Both the position numbers and the translations under genes were made by a program. The notes under the pieces are model-generated. The model ran no database searches, had not been told where the DNA came from, and saw nothing but the letters and a program-made list of their open reading frames with translations. A stretch of DNA of 63,982 nt, the filler included, from Dimargaris cristalligena (lineage: Eukaryota): NCBI GenBank assembly GCA_003614675.1. It is 5 parts of 5 records of this genome, joined end to end, with 100 filler letters (N's around TTAATTAATTAA, not from the genome) between each part and the next. Parts side by side here need not be neighbours in the genome. Positions count along the whole stretch, not along the records: positions 39,998 to 53,096 come from ML003003.1; positions 53,197 to 63,982 come from ML003153.1; 3 more parts are not named here. One strand, given 5' to 3'. The stretch's first letter is position 1. The number at the start of each line of letters is the position of its first letter. Below, piece by piece: positions 52,564 through 62,852 of this stretch.

Positions 52564-52847
52564 ATATGGGAGAGATTCAGTCAGGCTGTATAATGAAGAA
52601 TCCATTGGATAAGGCAAATGCTACTGGTTGAAAATGGGTGAAATTCAGCCCAGCTGTATAAGGGTTTAAATAGTAGGTCTATGTGATAATATATGGGAGA
52701 TTTATTTTTAACCAGTTATATTTAATTCATCCAATGGATTTTTTGTTATACAACTCAACTTAACCTCTCCCAAATAGATCTCCCACCTGTTTTCCCATCC
52801 ACATATCATTTAAAACCTTGTACGGCTGGGCCGAATTTCAACTATAT
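52564..52847. mobile_element. Nested MITEs: inverted copy (52633-52775) inserted in another copy
   Basis: Outer TIRs atatgggagagattcag.../...ccgaatttcaactatat; the inner copy is in reverse orientation. Confidence 0.65.
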
Positions 52848-53096
52848 GAACAGTATATGACCAAATATATGTGCATTCTATCAGATTAGTAGAGAAAATT
52901 GCCACTCTTGAGGTACAATTAAATAGCACTGTGGCAAGGTGTACTGTCCCCCTATAAGCCACACTAATTATATCACTATTATTATTATTATGCAGGGTAT
53001 GAAGTGGTTTTTTTTCTGGTATAACCAGTTTTTTTTCCCTCCCCTTCTCCACTTCTTTTAACATGGATAGCAGAGTTGGGGAAAGAGCCGGCCAAG

Positions 53097-53196
53097 NNNN
53101 NNNNNNNNNNNNNNNNNNNNNNNNNNNNNNNNNNNNNNNNTTAATTAATTAANNNNNNNNNNNNNNNNNNNNNNNNNNNNNNNNNNNNNNNNNNNN
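53097..53196. other. Artificial contig spacer
   Basis: N44-TTAATTAATTAA-N44. Confidence 0.97.
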
Positions 53197-53299
53197 GCCC
53201 GCTGCCCAACCGGTACAGGTAACCATGACTTTTTGGCTATTTCGTTCGGTAAAACTATATGCATATCATGTTTTTATGCCCTCGCTTCACCATTAATAG

Positions 53300-53748
53300 C
53301 TCATCCTCGGGGGTATGTTCAGCAGCCGCGCCCCCCAATTCACCGAGTCGGAAAACGACCCCAAGAACTACGACGCCATCGCTAGCTCCTGCTACACCGC
53401 AGCGGGGATCTATGCCGGGTTTCTGCTCTTTTGCTGTTGTCAGGTAAGGCGTGTATTCTAACTTAACTCCAATCACTTGAATGGGAGGATATGGACAATG
53501 GTTGATTTATTTATATATGCATATATCTCTCGAAAAAACAGACCCCTGGGCTAATAATATCAACCCCGCCGGGCTCCGGAGTCCGGCAATTGTGGCATTC
53601 ATTGACTAATCGTCTTTAACTTTATTTCTACTACTTGTACACCCCCACCTACACCATGATGCCCCGAATCCAATATTATCTTTAAACCACCAACCTCCGT
53701 ACCAAATAGTCGATGATGAACCGACGCGTCAACCGTAGCCGAACCTAA
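53300..53748 (+). CDS. V-ATPase V0 subunit f / RNase kappa family, 3' exons (53300-53443, 53710-53748); 5' exon missing
   Basis: Manual translation LILGGMFSSRAPQFTESENDPKNYDAIASSCYTAAGIYAGFLLFCCCQ|SMMNRRVNRSRT*. Matches the S..DP.d..avA...y.Aa.iY..F..FC..Q pattern; exons bounded by AG/GT. Confidence 0.72.
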
Positions 53749-54720
53749 TCACCCGAGACTTGCAAGCTGTTTCTTATCGCTGCACCTCCTTCTTTCTAGT
53801 GAGTGGCGTACGGATAACCTACTGGGTCAACCCAACTCCGTCTCTTCTTAAATCAATGTTTTATCATTTAATCTATTTTTGATTTAGTACTACCCCTCCT
53901 TCTCCGGCCGACAATTTCCCCGATGATTGAAATGCTGCCGGTTGAGGGCATATAAACAACAATAAAAGAGTACCCCGAACTATGCCAGGCGGCCATTTGT
54001 TCCGTAACTCACAGGTTCCCGTAGGTAGTGCACATCCCAATTTCGACATTCAATCTATATACAGTGTGGTGGTGGTGGGCTCTTCTCTCCCACCTTAATT
54101 GTTGCACACCTTTACCTCTAAATCAATCCTCTGGGGGCGGACGGTTAATGCACGTGACTAATAGGGGGCAGGACTTAGCCAGGTGTTTGGGGCTGGTGGG
54201 TGAGTTGCATTGCATTTGTATCCCCCCAATTGATGAATATCCCGCGATGGGGGGAAATAGTGATTATTTATTGGTGGTCTGCACCCCCCACCAAGAGTGA
54301 TAATGAATAATATTCACCCTTCCTCCCTCCAAGCCAAATCCTATTGCCTAGTTAGTGGAGTGCTTTTCTCCACCCGTATTTTCAAGCCAGGCGGATTGGG
54401 AGGGAAGTTAGGTTGCTGGCGCTAGAGAGGAATACCATAGGTGGATTAATTGGACTGGTGAATAACGTAGTGTAGTGGTGGGGTGGCAGCACCCACCGTT
54501 GACTCTCCTCTTCCTCGTCCATGTGCATGTATGTCCCTGTCATTCATATAGCTTTGGTTTGACAAGTCAACTCAACCTGAAGCAAAATATTCTACACAGC
54601 AAGAAAACGACCAATCCCACCCCCACTTTGACCCTCTTCGTCTTTCCCGTATTCCTTACTCCCCCGCCGTCGACGTCCCCTGTATCATACATAGTCCCTT
54701 CTCCTCAGCTCCCCTTCGCC

Positions 54721-54933
54721 ATGTCCAGGACAAATCTCTACCGTTTTAACCGCGGTGCCCACCAAGTGCACCACCGCCTCTATGATCCTTGGGCCCAGCG
54801 CGAGGCCTGGCGCAAGGATCCCTTCTTCGGCCGCCGTAACGTCATCAAGGGCCTGGCCCCTGGGCTGGGCATCGCCACCGGCGCCTTCCTGTGTCTGCTT
54901 GGCTACGAATACATCACCGGCAAACGCCTGTAA
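54721..54933 (+). CDS. NDUFB3: NADH:ubiquinone oxidoreductase B12 subunit
   Basis: DPWAQREAWR..PFF......KGLAPGLGIATGAF...LGYEY signature; 70 aa from ATG 54721. Confidence 0.88.
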   Translation: MSRTNLYRFNRGAHQVHHRLYDPWAQREAWRKDPFFGRRNVIKGLAPGLGIATGAFLCLLGYEYITGKRL

Positions 54934-55790
54934 TCCCACTGCTCGACCTAGCGCGTCGTCAGGTGGGGGCTCTCTCTTTCCCCTCCCACACCTTATCCTC
55001 TAGAACCCAAAGTGTCGACCTTAATAAAGCTCATAAGACCAGCCGGTCCCTCTATACTATTGTTATTGGTAGTAGTAGTAGTAGTAGTGGTGGTGGTGGT
55101 AGTAGCAGCGGGTCGAGTGACCCAAGTGTATGCATTAGCCTCTCTCTCTCTCTCAGCACTGGCGGGGTAGCGCATAGAAGCAGGCCGCTACTCCACTGGG
55201 TGGGTGGGTGGTATTAACGCATATATGTAGTATGCCACCAACCACCATCCCCTGTGGGTTGACTGATGCCCCCCTGGCCCACCCAATCTAGGCAACCCCA
55301 GGTCCAGAAGGTTGACACCTCTCGTCTTCCCCAAACATCCCGTTCTCTCTCCCCCATAGTGTGCAGTGGCAGAGTACCACTGTCGCCCCCCTCACTAACC
55401 TAACCCTCTTCTTCTTTACGCTTAACCCGTTGTTTTTTACCCTTGTTGTTGCGACTTTGTCTTCATCCCTTCCCCATCTCCCCGTTTTCCCGTCGTCCGT
55501 TTCCCCCTTGTCTTGTCCGTACGAAGAAGTAAGCCCCGTCAGATGAGTCTTGGTGCTCAACCCGCATACTGTTGTCATCTAGCCAGTCCCCCCCCCGTTT
55601 CCCCGCTTGACCTGAGGTATCCTCTTCTAACTGTTCCCTCCTGCGAACTCCTTTGCCTCGACCTCCCGTGGCAGGTGCCCTGTTTATTGCGCCCTGCCCT
55701 TTTAAACCAGGTTATCATTGCCTGCTATTCGCAAGTGCCCACCAATTCCTGATACAAATCCCCTTTACTATAGTATTATCCTCTCCAGCA

Positions 55791-58700
55791 ATGGTCATGG
55801 ATTCGAATCCCGTAAGTAGTGTCCCCCGAGCCCCGGAATTGTAAACTCCGCTCGTTAATTAAATAATGCCGTATCCGTGGCGGAATACATCCCCGCGACT
55901 CCTACGCCATCCAAGCAGAATACTGCTTCTTCCAATCGTATCTAATCAATCCCCTCTGATTCCTGTCCCTGGCCGGTATGGCTGCTGCTCCGATTAACCC
56001 TTTCTGGCCCCTCCTTCGGCTTAATGCCCCTAGATCCCCGACAATCGCACCTTGGCCCTGCTGAAGCCAGATGCTCTGGTGTCGGGTCGCTTCGTCCAGG
56101 TCAAGAGCCTTCTCGCTCTCGAGCAATTTGAAATAATCCGTCAAAAGCGAATCTGGCCCTCTCCGGAGCTTGCCCAGCAGCTACTGGCCCACTTATCTGA
56201 TTCCCCTGATTATGTTGGGCACGTTGCCTATCTAACCAGTTCCCCTTGTTTGGCCTTTGAGCTGCAGAAGGATGTCGCTGTACTGTCTCTCCAGTTACTC
56301 ATGGGTCCCGATGATGCCGAGGAGGCCCGTCGGGACTCCCCCGAGACTATCCGGGGTAGCTTCGCGACCGATAACATTCGCAATTGCATCTACGCTCCCA
56401 CCGATCCGGCCATGGCCCAGTCGCAGATCCAGCTTCTATTCTCTGCGGAGGTACCCGAGTGTAAGCCCATCAGTCCAGATAGCTTCTCCCCCCAGAGCAT
56501 GGTGATTGGCGCCGTTGAACAAACCTTTGCCTTCATTAAGCCCGATGGCATGTCCAACGGCCACAAGGAAGCCATTCTAAACCAGATCCAGGCCCGCGGC
56601 TATAAGGTAGTCCGGTCCATTGAGAAGCAACTGGCCCGCGAAGAGGCCGCCTCTTTCTACGACTACCATGTCGGTCAAGTCTACTACGAACAATACGCCA
56701 CATTCATGTCCAGTGGTCCCGTTCTTATCATGATCCTGGAGGGCGAAAACATCATTGAGGGCTGGCGAGAAATGATGGGTCCTACGAACCCCATAAAGGC
56801 CCGCCGGGACGCCCCCATGAGCATTCGGGCCAAATACGGTTCCATGACTACTCGCAATGCTGTTCACGGGAGTAGTTCCGAAACCTCCGCCCGCCGGGGC
56901 ATCGATTTCTTTTTCACGAATCCCTGGACTCTGGCACCACCCGCCCCTGTGGCGGAAGATGCCGCCCAGCCCGTGGAAGAGGAATTCATTTATCCAGGCG
57001 AATCAAAGGATTCATCGTCCGAGCCTATTGAAGAACCCACTGCGGTCCCGGCCGACGAAACCGCCGCGGTCGAGGAATCCCTCCCAGAAGCCGTCTTACC
57101 TGAAGTTTCTTCCCAGGAGCCGGTGCCGACTATTAATCCCGAGCCTGTGGAATCACAGAGCGAGCCCGAGGCTCCCCAGACGGCCCGGGCGGAGCTGTCG
57201 GCTTCGGATGAAACCCAAGTTGAGCTTACCTCCTCCGATGCTTCACCAGCTACCGAAGTGGTCCCAGATACTATACCCCAGGCCGATGCCTTAGTCGAGG
57301 CCGTGGTGGTAGAAGACGAAGAGCCTGCGCTTCAGGCCGAAGCCGAGTCGTCCGTAATCCCATCAGAGGAGCCCACCCTTAAACCCGACGAGTCCCCCGC
57401 TCCAATTGATTCAGGCATTGATTCCGCAATTAACAGTGGGACTGAGTCCGAGGACCAGCCCATCGAGTCCATGGTGGATAATATCACCCCTCCGAGTGAT
57501 ACTGAGGCCGCTACCGAATCCCAACCAGAGCCGGAGGCCGAATCCCGATCTGAACCCGTGCCTACTCCCGAAACTGAGCTGGATTCAGAGCCTCACCCTG
57601 AGCCCGAATTCGAATCTACTGCCGAGTCCGTACCCACGCCCGAGGACGAATCCGCTGCTAAGCCTGAGGGCGAACCTGAGTCGGCGATTGAGTCGGTGGA
57701 AGATCCTGCAACCGTGCCGGAGTCAGCTTCATTGCCTATCGCCAACCCAACTGCTGATGCGCCGACAGAAGCCCCCGAGGAATCGAACCCTCCTTCTGAA
57801 TCATCCGAGGCCTTGCCCAACGAAACCCAGGCCCCCTTGTCGGAAGAGGCTACCGAGGAGCCCTCTGGTGCTGAATCAGCTTTGGAAGAGACGGTGGCTG
57901 TGACTGAGGACGTGGCTTCGCCCTCCTTAACCGCCGTTCCAGAAGTTGTAGAAGTGCCTCAAGTGGACGGAGGATCGGCTGCCCCTGCCGAGCCTATTAC
58001 GAACGGGGTAGATGCTTCGTCGGATCCGGCTTCTGTATCCACCCCGTCCGGTGATTCCACAGTCGACTCAGCTTCCGAACCTAAACCCGAGTCGAAGGGT
58101 CCGGCCCCGGAGCCCGTGATCACTACTCCACCGGCCGCTGAGTCCTCCACCATCGCTTCCCCAGCTCGGACACCAGTCAAATCTAAGGCGACTCCCACCA
58201 AGTCTGCTTCGGCTACTAAGACGGTTAAGCCTGCATCTACGCGGTCTGTACCCGTAGACCCCAAGGTGCGGGTCGGTGCTGCACGTAAGGCCCCCGTCGC
58301 CGCCCCATCGGCGTCCTCTGCTCGCTCCACCACGACTCGTACGGCACCTACAGTCACTCGGCCGGCCATCAAGGGAACCACTCCTACTAGCACCACTCGA
58401 GTGGTATCCGCTACTGGCAGTCCATCCACCACACGTGCCCCAACGCGACCGACCATGTCTACCACCCGGTCCACCAGCTCCACGGCTCCCGCCAGGGGGA
58501 CGACCACCCCCCCCGTCGGTCCGTACCACCACGGCCCGACCAGGTGTTCCGGCGGTGCCGCGAACCCCACCCGTGTCTAGTTCCCGTCGTACGACTGTCA
58601 CTCCGCCTGCCGCATCCTCCGGTGCTGCTACCGGAGCCTCTCGTCGCTCAACTATGGAACCCAGTGTCATTAGAAAGAGCGTGTCTAATGTATCGGCTGG

Positions 58701-59502
58701 GTCTACTGGGGCTGATGCCACCTCTGCTCTTCGAGCCACGCGTCGGGCCACCCCCATTGGTACGCGCACCGTGCCGGTCTCTCGCTCTGGTCCTAGCACG
58801 ACCACTGCCTCTTCCTCCGCCGGTACTGGTGCTACCACACCGACTGCTCGCAGGGCCGCCTTGACCTCAACGTCCAAGGCTGCGGGTCCCATAACTGTAA
58901 CTCCTTCACCGAACCGGACTCCCGTTCGCTCATCGTCGGCTACCCGGTCGACTGCAAATGATGCCAAGGCAAGTACGGTTGTCAAGCGGCCCGTGGTTCG
59001 ACCCAGCGTTACATCTGCGACTGAGCCCGCCCCCCGTTTGCGTAAGACACCGGAAACCACCGGCTCTCCGTCTAAACCCACACCCGGGGCTCGTACCGCG
59101 TCTGCCACCATCGCACGGTCCCGCCCTGCTCCAGTCACGGCTACATCGTCTAGGACTAGCACCCTTCGATCCTCCACGGTGCCGGTGGCCACCCGCAAAC
59201 CTGTCACTCGACCCGGTCTACCTTCCGCTGCTACTCCAGCCAAGTCCCGGCCCGCTGTGCCAGGCAAGAAAGGGGCGGTGGCGGAAGCCAAAACCAATGG
59301 GACTTCCCAAACCCCGGTTGATGCGCCCGAAGCAACCGAGTCCGAACCACTGGCCGAGGCTTGCCCTCCTTCGGAAGAGCAGGCTTCTGAACAAGCCGAA
59401 TCCGTTCCGGTTGAGGCTGCTGATGCTGGCGAGCCTGCCCCGATCGATATCCCTGAACCAGAGACCCCAGCCCCCGAGCCCATCGAGAGCACCACTGCCT
59501 GA
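55791..59502 (+). CDS. Tandem nucleoside-diphosphate-kinase domain protein with long acidic and Pro/Ser/Thr/Arg-rich tail (intron 55812-56033; apparent frameshift at 58507-58514)
   Basis: NDK1 TLALLKPDA...LMGPDD...TIRGSFATDNIRNCIY; NDK2 TFAFIKPDG...WREMMGPTNP...SIRAKYG...NAVHGSSS. The low-complexity tail continues in ORF 58276-59502. Confidence 0.82.
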
Positions 59503-61089
59503 TCCCGAATATCGGATTAGGTTTTCTCTAGCCCTAGGGGTTAATCGCCTTTCCTTTTTTTTCTTGTGCGTGCCTGCGTGTTTTCTAACACTTCTCTCCT
59601 TTAAACAGTTCGCCGAATTGATTGGTCTCTCAAGCCCGCCACGGTTCAGCAGTAATCTACTCGGTACGGGATCATTTACCCAAGAGAGCGAAAGTGAGAT
59701 CATGGTTATATCCTGGCCTTGGTTAATTTACTATCCAACCCCTTATTTTCAAAGGACCATGTGGGCTGCCCAGTAGGCCTACTGACCTTTTAATTTTTAG
59801 TAACCCCCGTTTCTAGCCCTTTTATTCTTATCACTATGCCTTGGCCGCTCGCGCCCGATCGATAATGTGCGAGCCATGTTTGGCTGATAACCCCTTCTCC
59901 GCCCTTTTCCATATTATTATATTTTTTATACCCCAATGGGCAAATCGAATTAGCATTGATGACCATTTAATCTCCGTTTACTGCAATGGCCATGATTATG
60001 TAGGCACGCATTCAAACTTAACGTAGCCAGCCACGCCCCTGCTCCGTTGATGGTTCAGCCCCCCCCTCCCTGTTTTAGTTGACGTTAAATTGCTCTTTAA
60101 AGTTTCGTTAAAACGATTAGCGCTTGACCCTGCCCATCGAGTCGACTTTCGTATTCCATCGACAAATTAGCTTGCTATTTTCTAGTGACTTCTCATTAAC
60201 GAACCCATGGGGCCTTGGGTCATTTGTTGACAGCCCCTCTCTAACCATGGCATGTAGGGCTACAGTCATTTGATTTGTGACCAACTTCAGCCCAGGTTAT
60301 CCCACATTGCACCCCCCTATTATCCATCTAGCTACCCAGTTTCCCTATTTTGCGAATAATACAAAATCTCCGCTGAGCATGCCTGATCTAACAGTCGACT
60401 TCAACCTCAACTTCGATAATGAATAGTATACTGTATTTATGGGGGGTAGGCCCTAAGTTACCCGAATAGCTGGTATGTGGTGGCCTGTGGGGATAGTCAG
60501 ACGGATTTGGACTGAGTCCTAAGATATCGTCGCCGAAAAGGGGCAGATTGGTGGGGCCGGGAAGAGATGTTCAGTGGATCAACGAGAAGAAGGCGTCCTC
60601 CTCCATCCTTGATCGTTGCTCTGGTTTATCATAGTTGGAGATAAGCGGGCGGTTGTGGAGTGTATGAGACGGAGGAAGGGGTAGATCGGTTCGGGGCAAG
60701 GTATGTGTAGCTCTGAAACCGCGAAAGTATTATGGATCATTAATGATGGGCAAAACGGAAGCGCAGTTATTCCTCGTCTCTTCGTTTGGCGGGCCACAAT
60801 AGCAAAGGCCGGGCTCCTATGCCGTTGGGACCCCCGTGATTGCGCTCGTCTCTACGCAACCGTTATTTAGCTGGTCGTTGGGGGAGGTGAGTCGCTTTTA
60901 CTGCTGCCGTGCCGTGGGCAACTCTACTTTGAATGCTAGCCCTCTCACCAATATATAACCACAAACCACTGGCACTCAGTGCCAACCCCACCCTTTTACT
61001 CACTGATTAAACCTTTGACACTTGATATCTCGCGACCCGCACCTTACTTTCGCCACCGCCCGCCTAGAATCGCTTTGCTTTCCTTCACT

Positions 61090-61263
61090 ATGCGCTATCT
61101 TTTCGTTACGCTCACCCTCGTCATACTGGCCCAGTCGGCTCTCGCTTCCCCCGTGATGTACGGGCTTTGCGAGCATGCCTCAGGAATATTGAAGACCCTC
61201 GATGATATTGTGGGAGTATTAGCTGGAAACCCTGCTGTAACTTTACCAACCAACTGCTTTTAA
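61090..61263 (+). CDS. Small secreted protein (57 aa)
   Basis: MRYLFVTLTLVILAQSALA-SP signal-peptide pattern; two Cys in the mature part; TATA-like atataa about 135 bp upstream. Confidence 0.55.
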   Translation: MRYLFVTLTLVILAQSALASPVMYGLCEHASGILKTLDDIVGVLAGNPAVTLPTNCF

Positions 61264-61562
61264 TGCCATTCGTTCCCCTTCCACTATTCCCCGTAGCCCC
61301 CGCCTATCGAGTTCATTACAATGGCCAACTACCTTTACTCCCATTCCTTTTCTTGATTTCTATCCCTACATTGTATTCCTCCAGACCCCCATTTGTATGC
61401 ATAACCTCATCATTTATAAATGTTTATAAGTATATATATATAGATAGATAAACCGAGCCATTTTGCCAAACATACGTTTTTATGCGGCGTTGAATAGGCT
61501 GATACTCACCATATGGTGAACTGATGGGTACAGAGAGAGAAAGAGAGAGAGAGACAGGCATT

Positions 61563-62315
61563 CTAGGGGGCCTTAAACAACTCATTCATATGCTGCAGAA
61601 TCATGTTAATAGCCACCTGGTTGCCCCGGCCCTTGGGCACAATAATATCGGCCCAGCGTTTAGTAGGTAGAATGAATTCTTCGAACGATGGCTTGGCAAT
61701 AAAGGTATAGTGGCGAAGCATGCGGGTCAAACCGGTCCCCTTTTCGTCCGTCTCCATCAGGGCGGTGACTTGGCGACTTAGGCGGGTGTCGCTGTCAATG
61801 TCCACAAATACCATGAGGGACATGTACTGCCGAATACGCCGCTTGTACAAAATAAGCACCCCGGTCAACAGCACCACGTCGGGTTTTGAAGTCACCGTGG
61901 CGCCGGGCTGCCGGGTGAATGTGGTGCGGTCCCACACGGGGAGCACCACTTCCCGGCCGGCCCGCAGTGAAGCCAGCACCGTGTCGAGGTGGGCAAAGTC
62001 AAAGGCGTCCGGGTGGTCCATGTTGAGTTGGCCGGTCTGGGCCAGTTGGCGTTCCTGGTCGGAGAGTTCCCGGTAGAAGTCGTCCTGGTTGAGCACCAGC
62101 ACCTGACGGCCAGTCAAGTGGTTCTGGTGAGCAATGCGGTCACACAGGACCGACCCCATGCTGCGTTTACCCGAGCACCGCCCCCCGGCGATGCCCACGA
62201 TAAACGGCTGGGCGAGTAGGTTGGCATCCTCCTGGCTGGGCGTGTACAGACTCAGGGCCGTGAGGTCCTCATCGATATGGAAAGGCACTAGAGCGGGGGA
62301 CCCGGAGTTGTCCAT
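61563..62315 (-). CDS. Uridine-cytidine kinase family protein with degenerate motifs
   Basis: PFIVGIAGG..SGK, NQDDFY, DHPDAFD, VFVDIDSDTRL, KPSFEEFILPTKRWADIIVPKG; ATG at 62315. Confidence 0.85.
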   Translation of the reverse strand: MDNSGSPALVPFHIDEDLTALSLYTPSQEDANLLAQPFIVGIAGGRCSGKRSMGSVLCDRIAHQNHLTGRQVLVLNQDDFYRELSDQERQLAQTGQLNMDHPDAFDFAHLDTVLASLRAGREVVLPVWDRTTFTRQPGATVTSKPDVVLLTGVLILYKRRIRQYMSLMVFVDIDSDTRLSRQVTALMETDEKGTGLTRMLRHYTFIAKPSFEEFILPTKRWADIIVPKGRGNQVAINMILQHMNELFKAP

Positions 62316-62852
62316 CTTGGGTTTTTTGGTGCGGGGGTAGTCAAGGTTAGGGAATAGGTAGGAATGCGAAGCGGGAGGAGTAATTTCGAGGACAATGGGA
62401 GAGTCTGTAGGGGGTGTGAGGAGCACGGGGTACAAGGTCAGAAAGAGGGAGGAGAGCTGGCCCGCTCCCTTTGTGTAGGGTGCGGCTCCCTCTCTGCCCC
62501 TTCGCGCGACTAACTGACTACTATACTTCCATAGCCCAACCACGCCCGTTATCATTCTTCCCCCTCCCTATTGTTAACCAGTAAAAACAGTGTGGTCCTG
62601 GTGATAGTAGAGTAGGTTGGTTTAACGCACAAATCGTAGGTCCTGTGGCTGGCGTGTCCAACAGTTGTCAGTCACACCTTGAAGTGTGCTCCTAGGTGGC
62701 ACATGTATCATTTGGCCAAGGGGATATGTATATTCAACGAAAGTCAAGCGTCTCTTTTATTAGTCCAAAGTACGGGGGCAAGGTATTCAAAGGCATTGGT
62801 AGTTAGAACAAGAATTGGGGGCGGCAATAAGGTTGCCTCACCCCTCCCCTTT

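Noticed and set aside
55068..55155. (GTA/GTG)n and (CT)n tracts
   Set aside because: Ordinary microsatellites.
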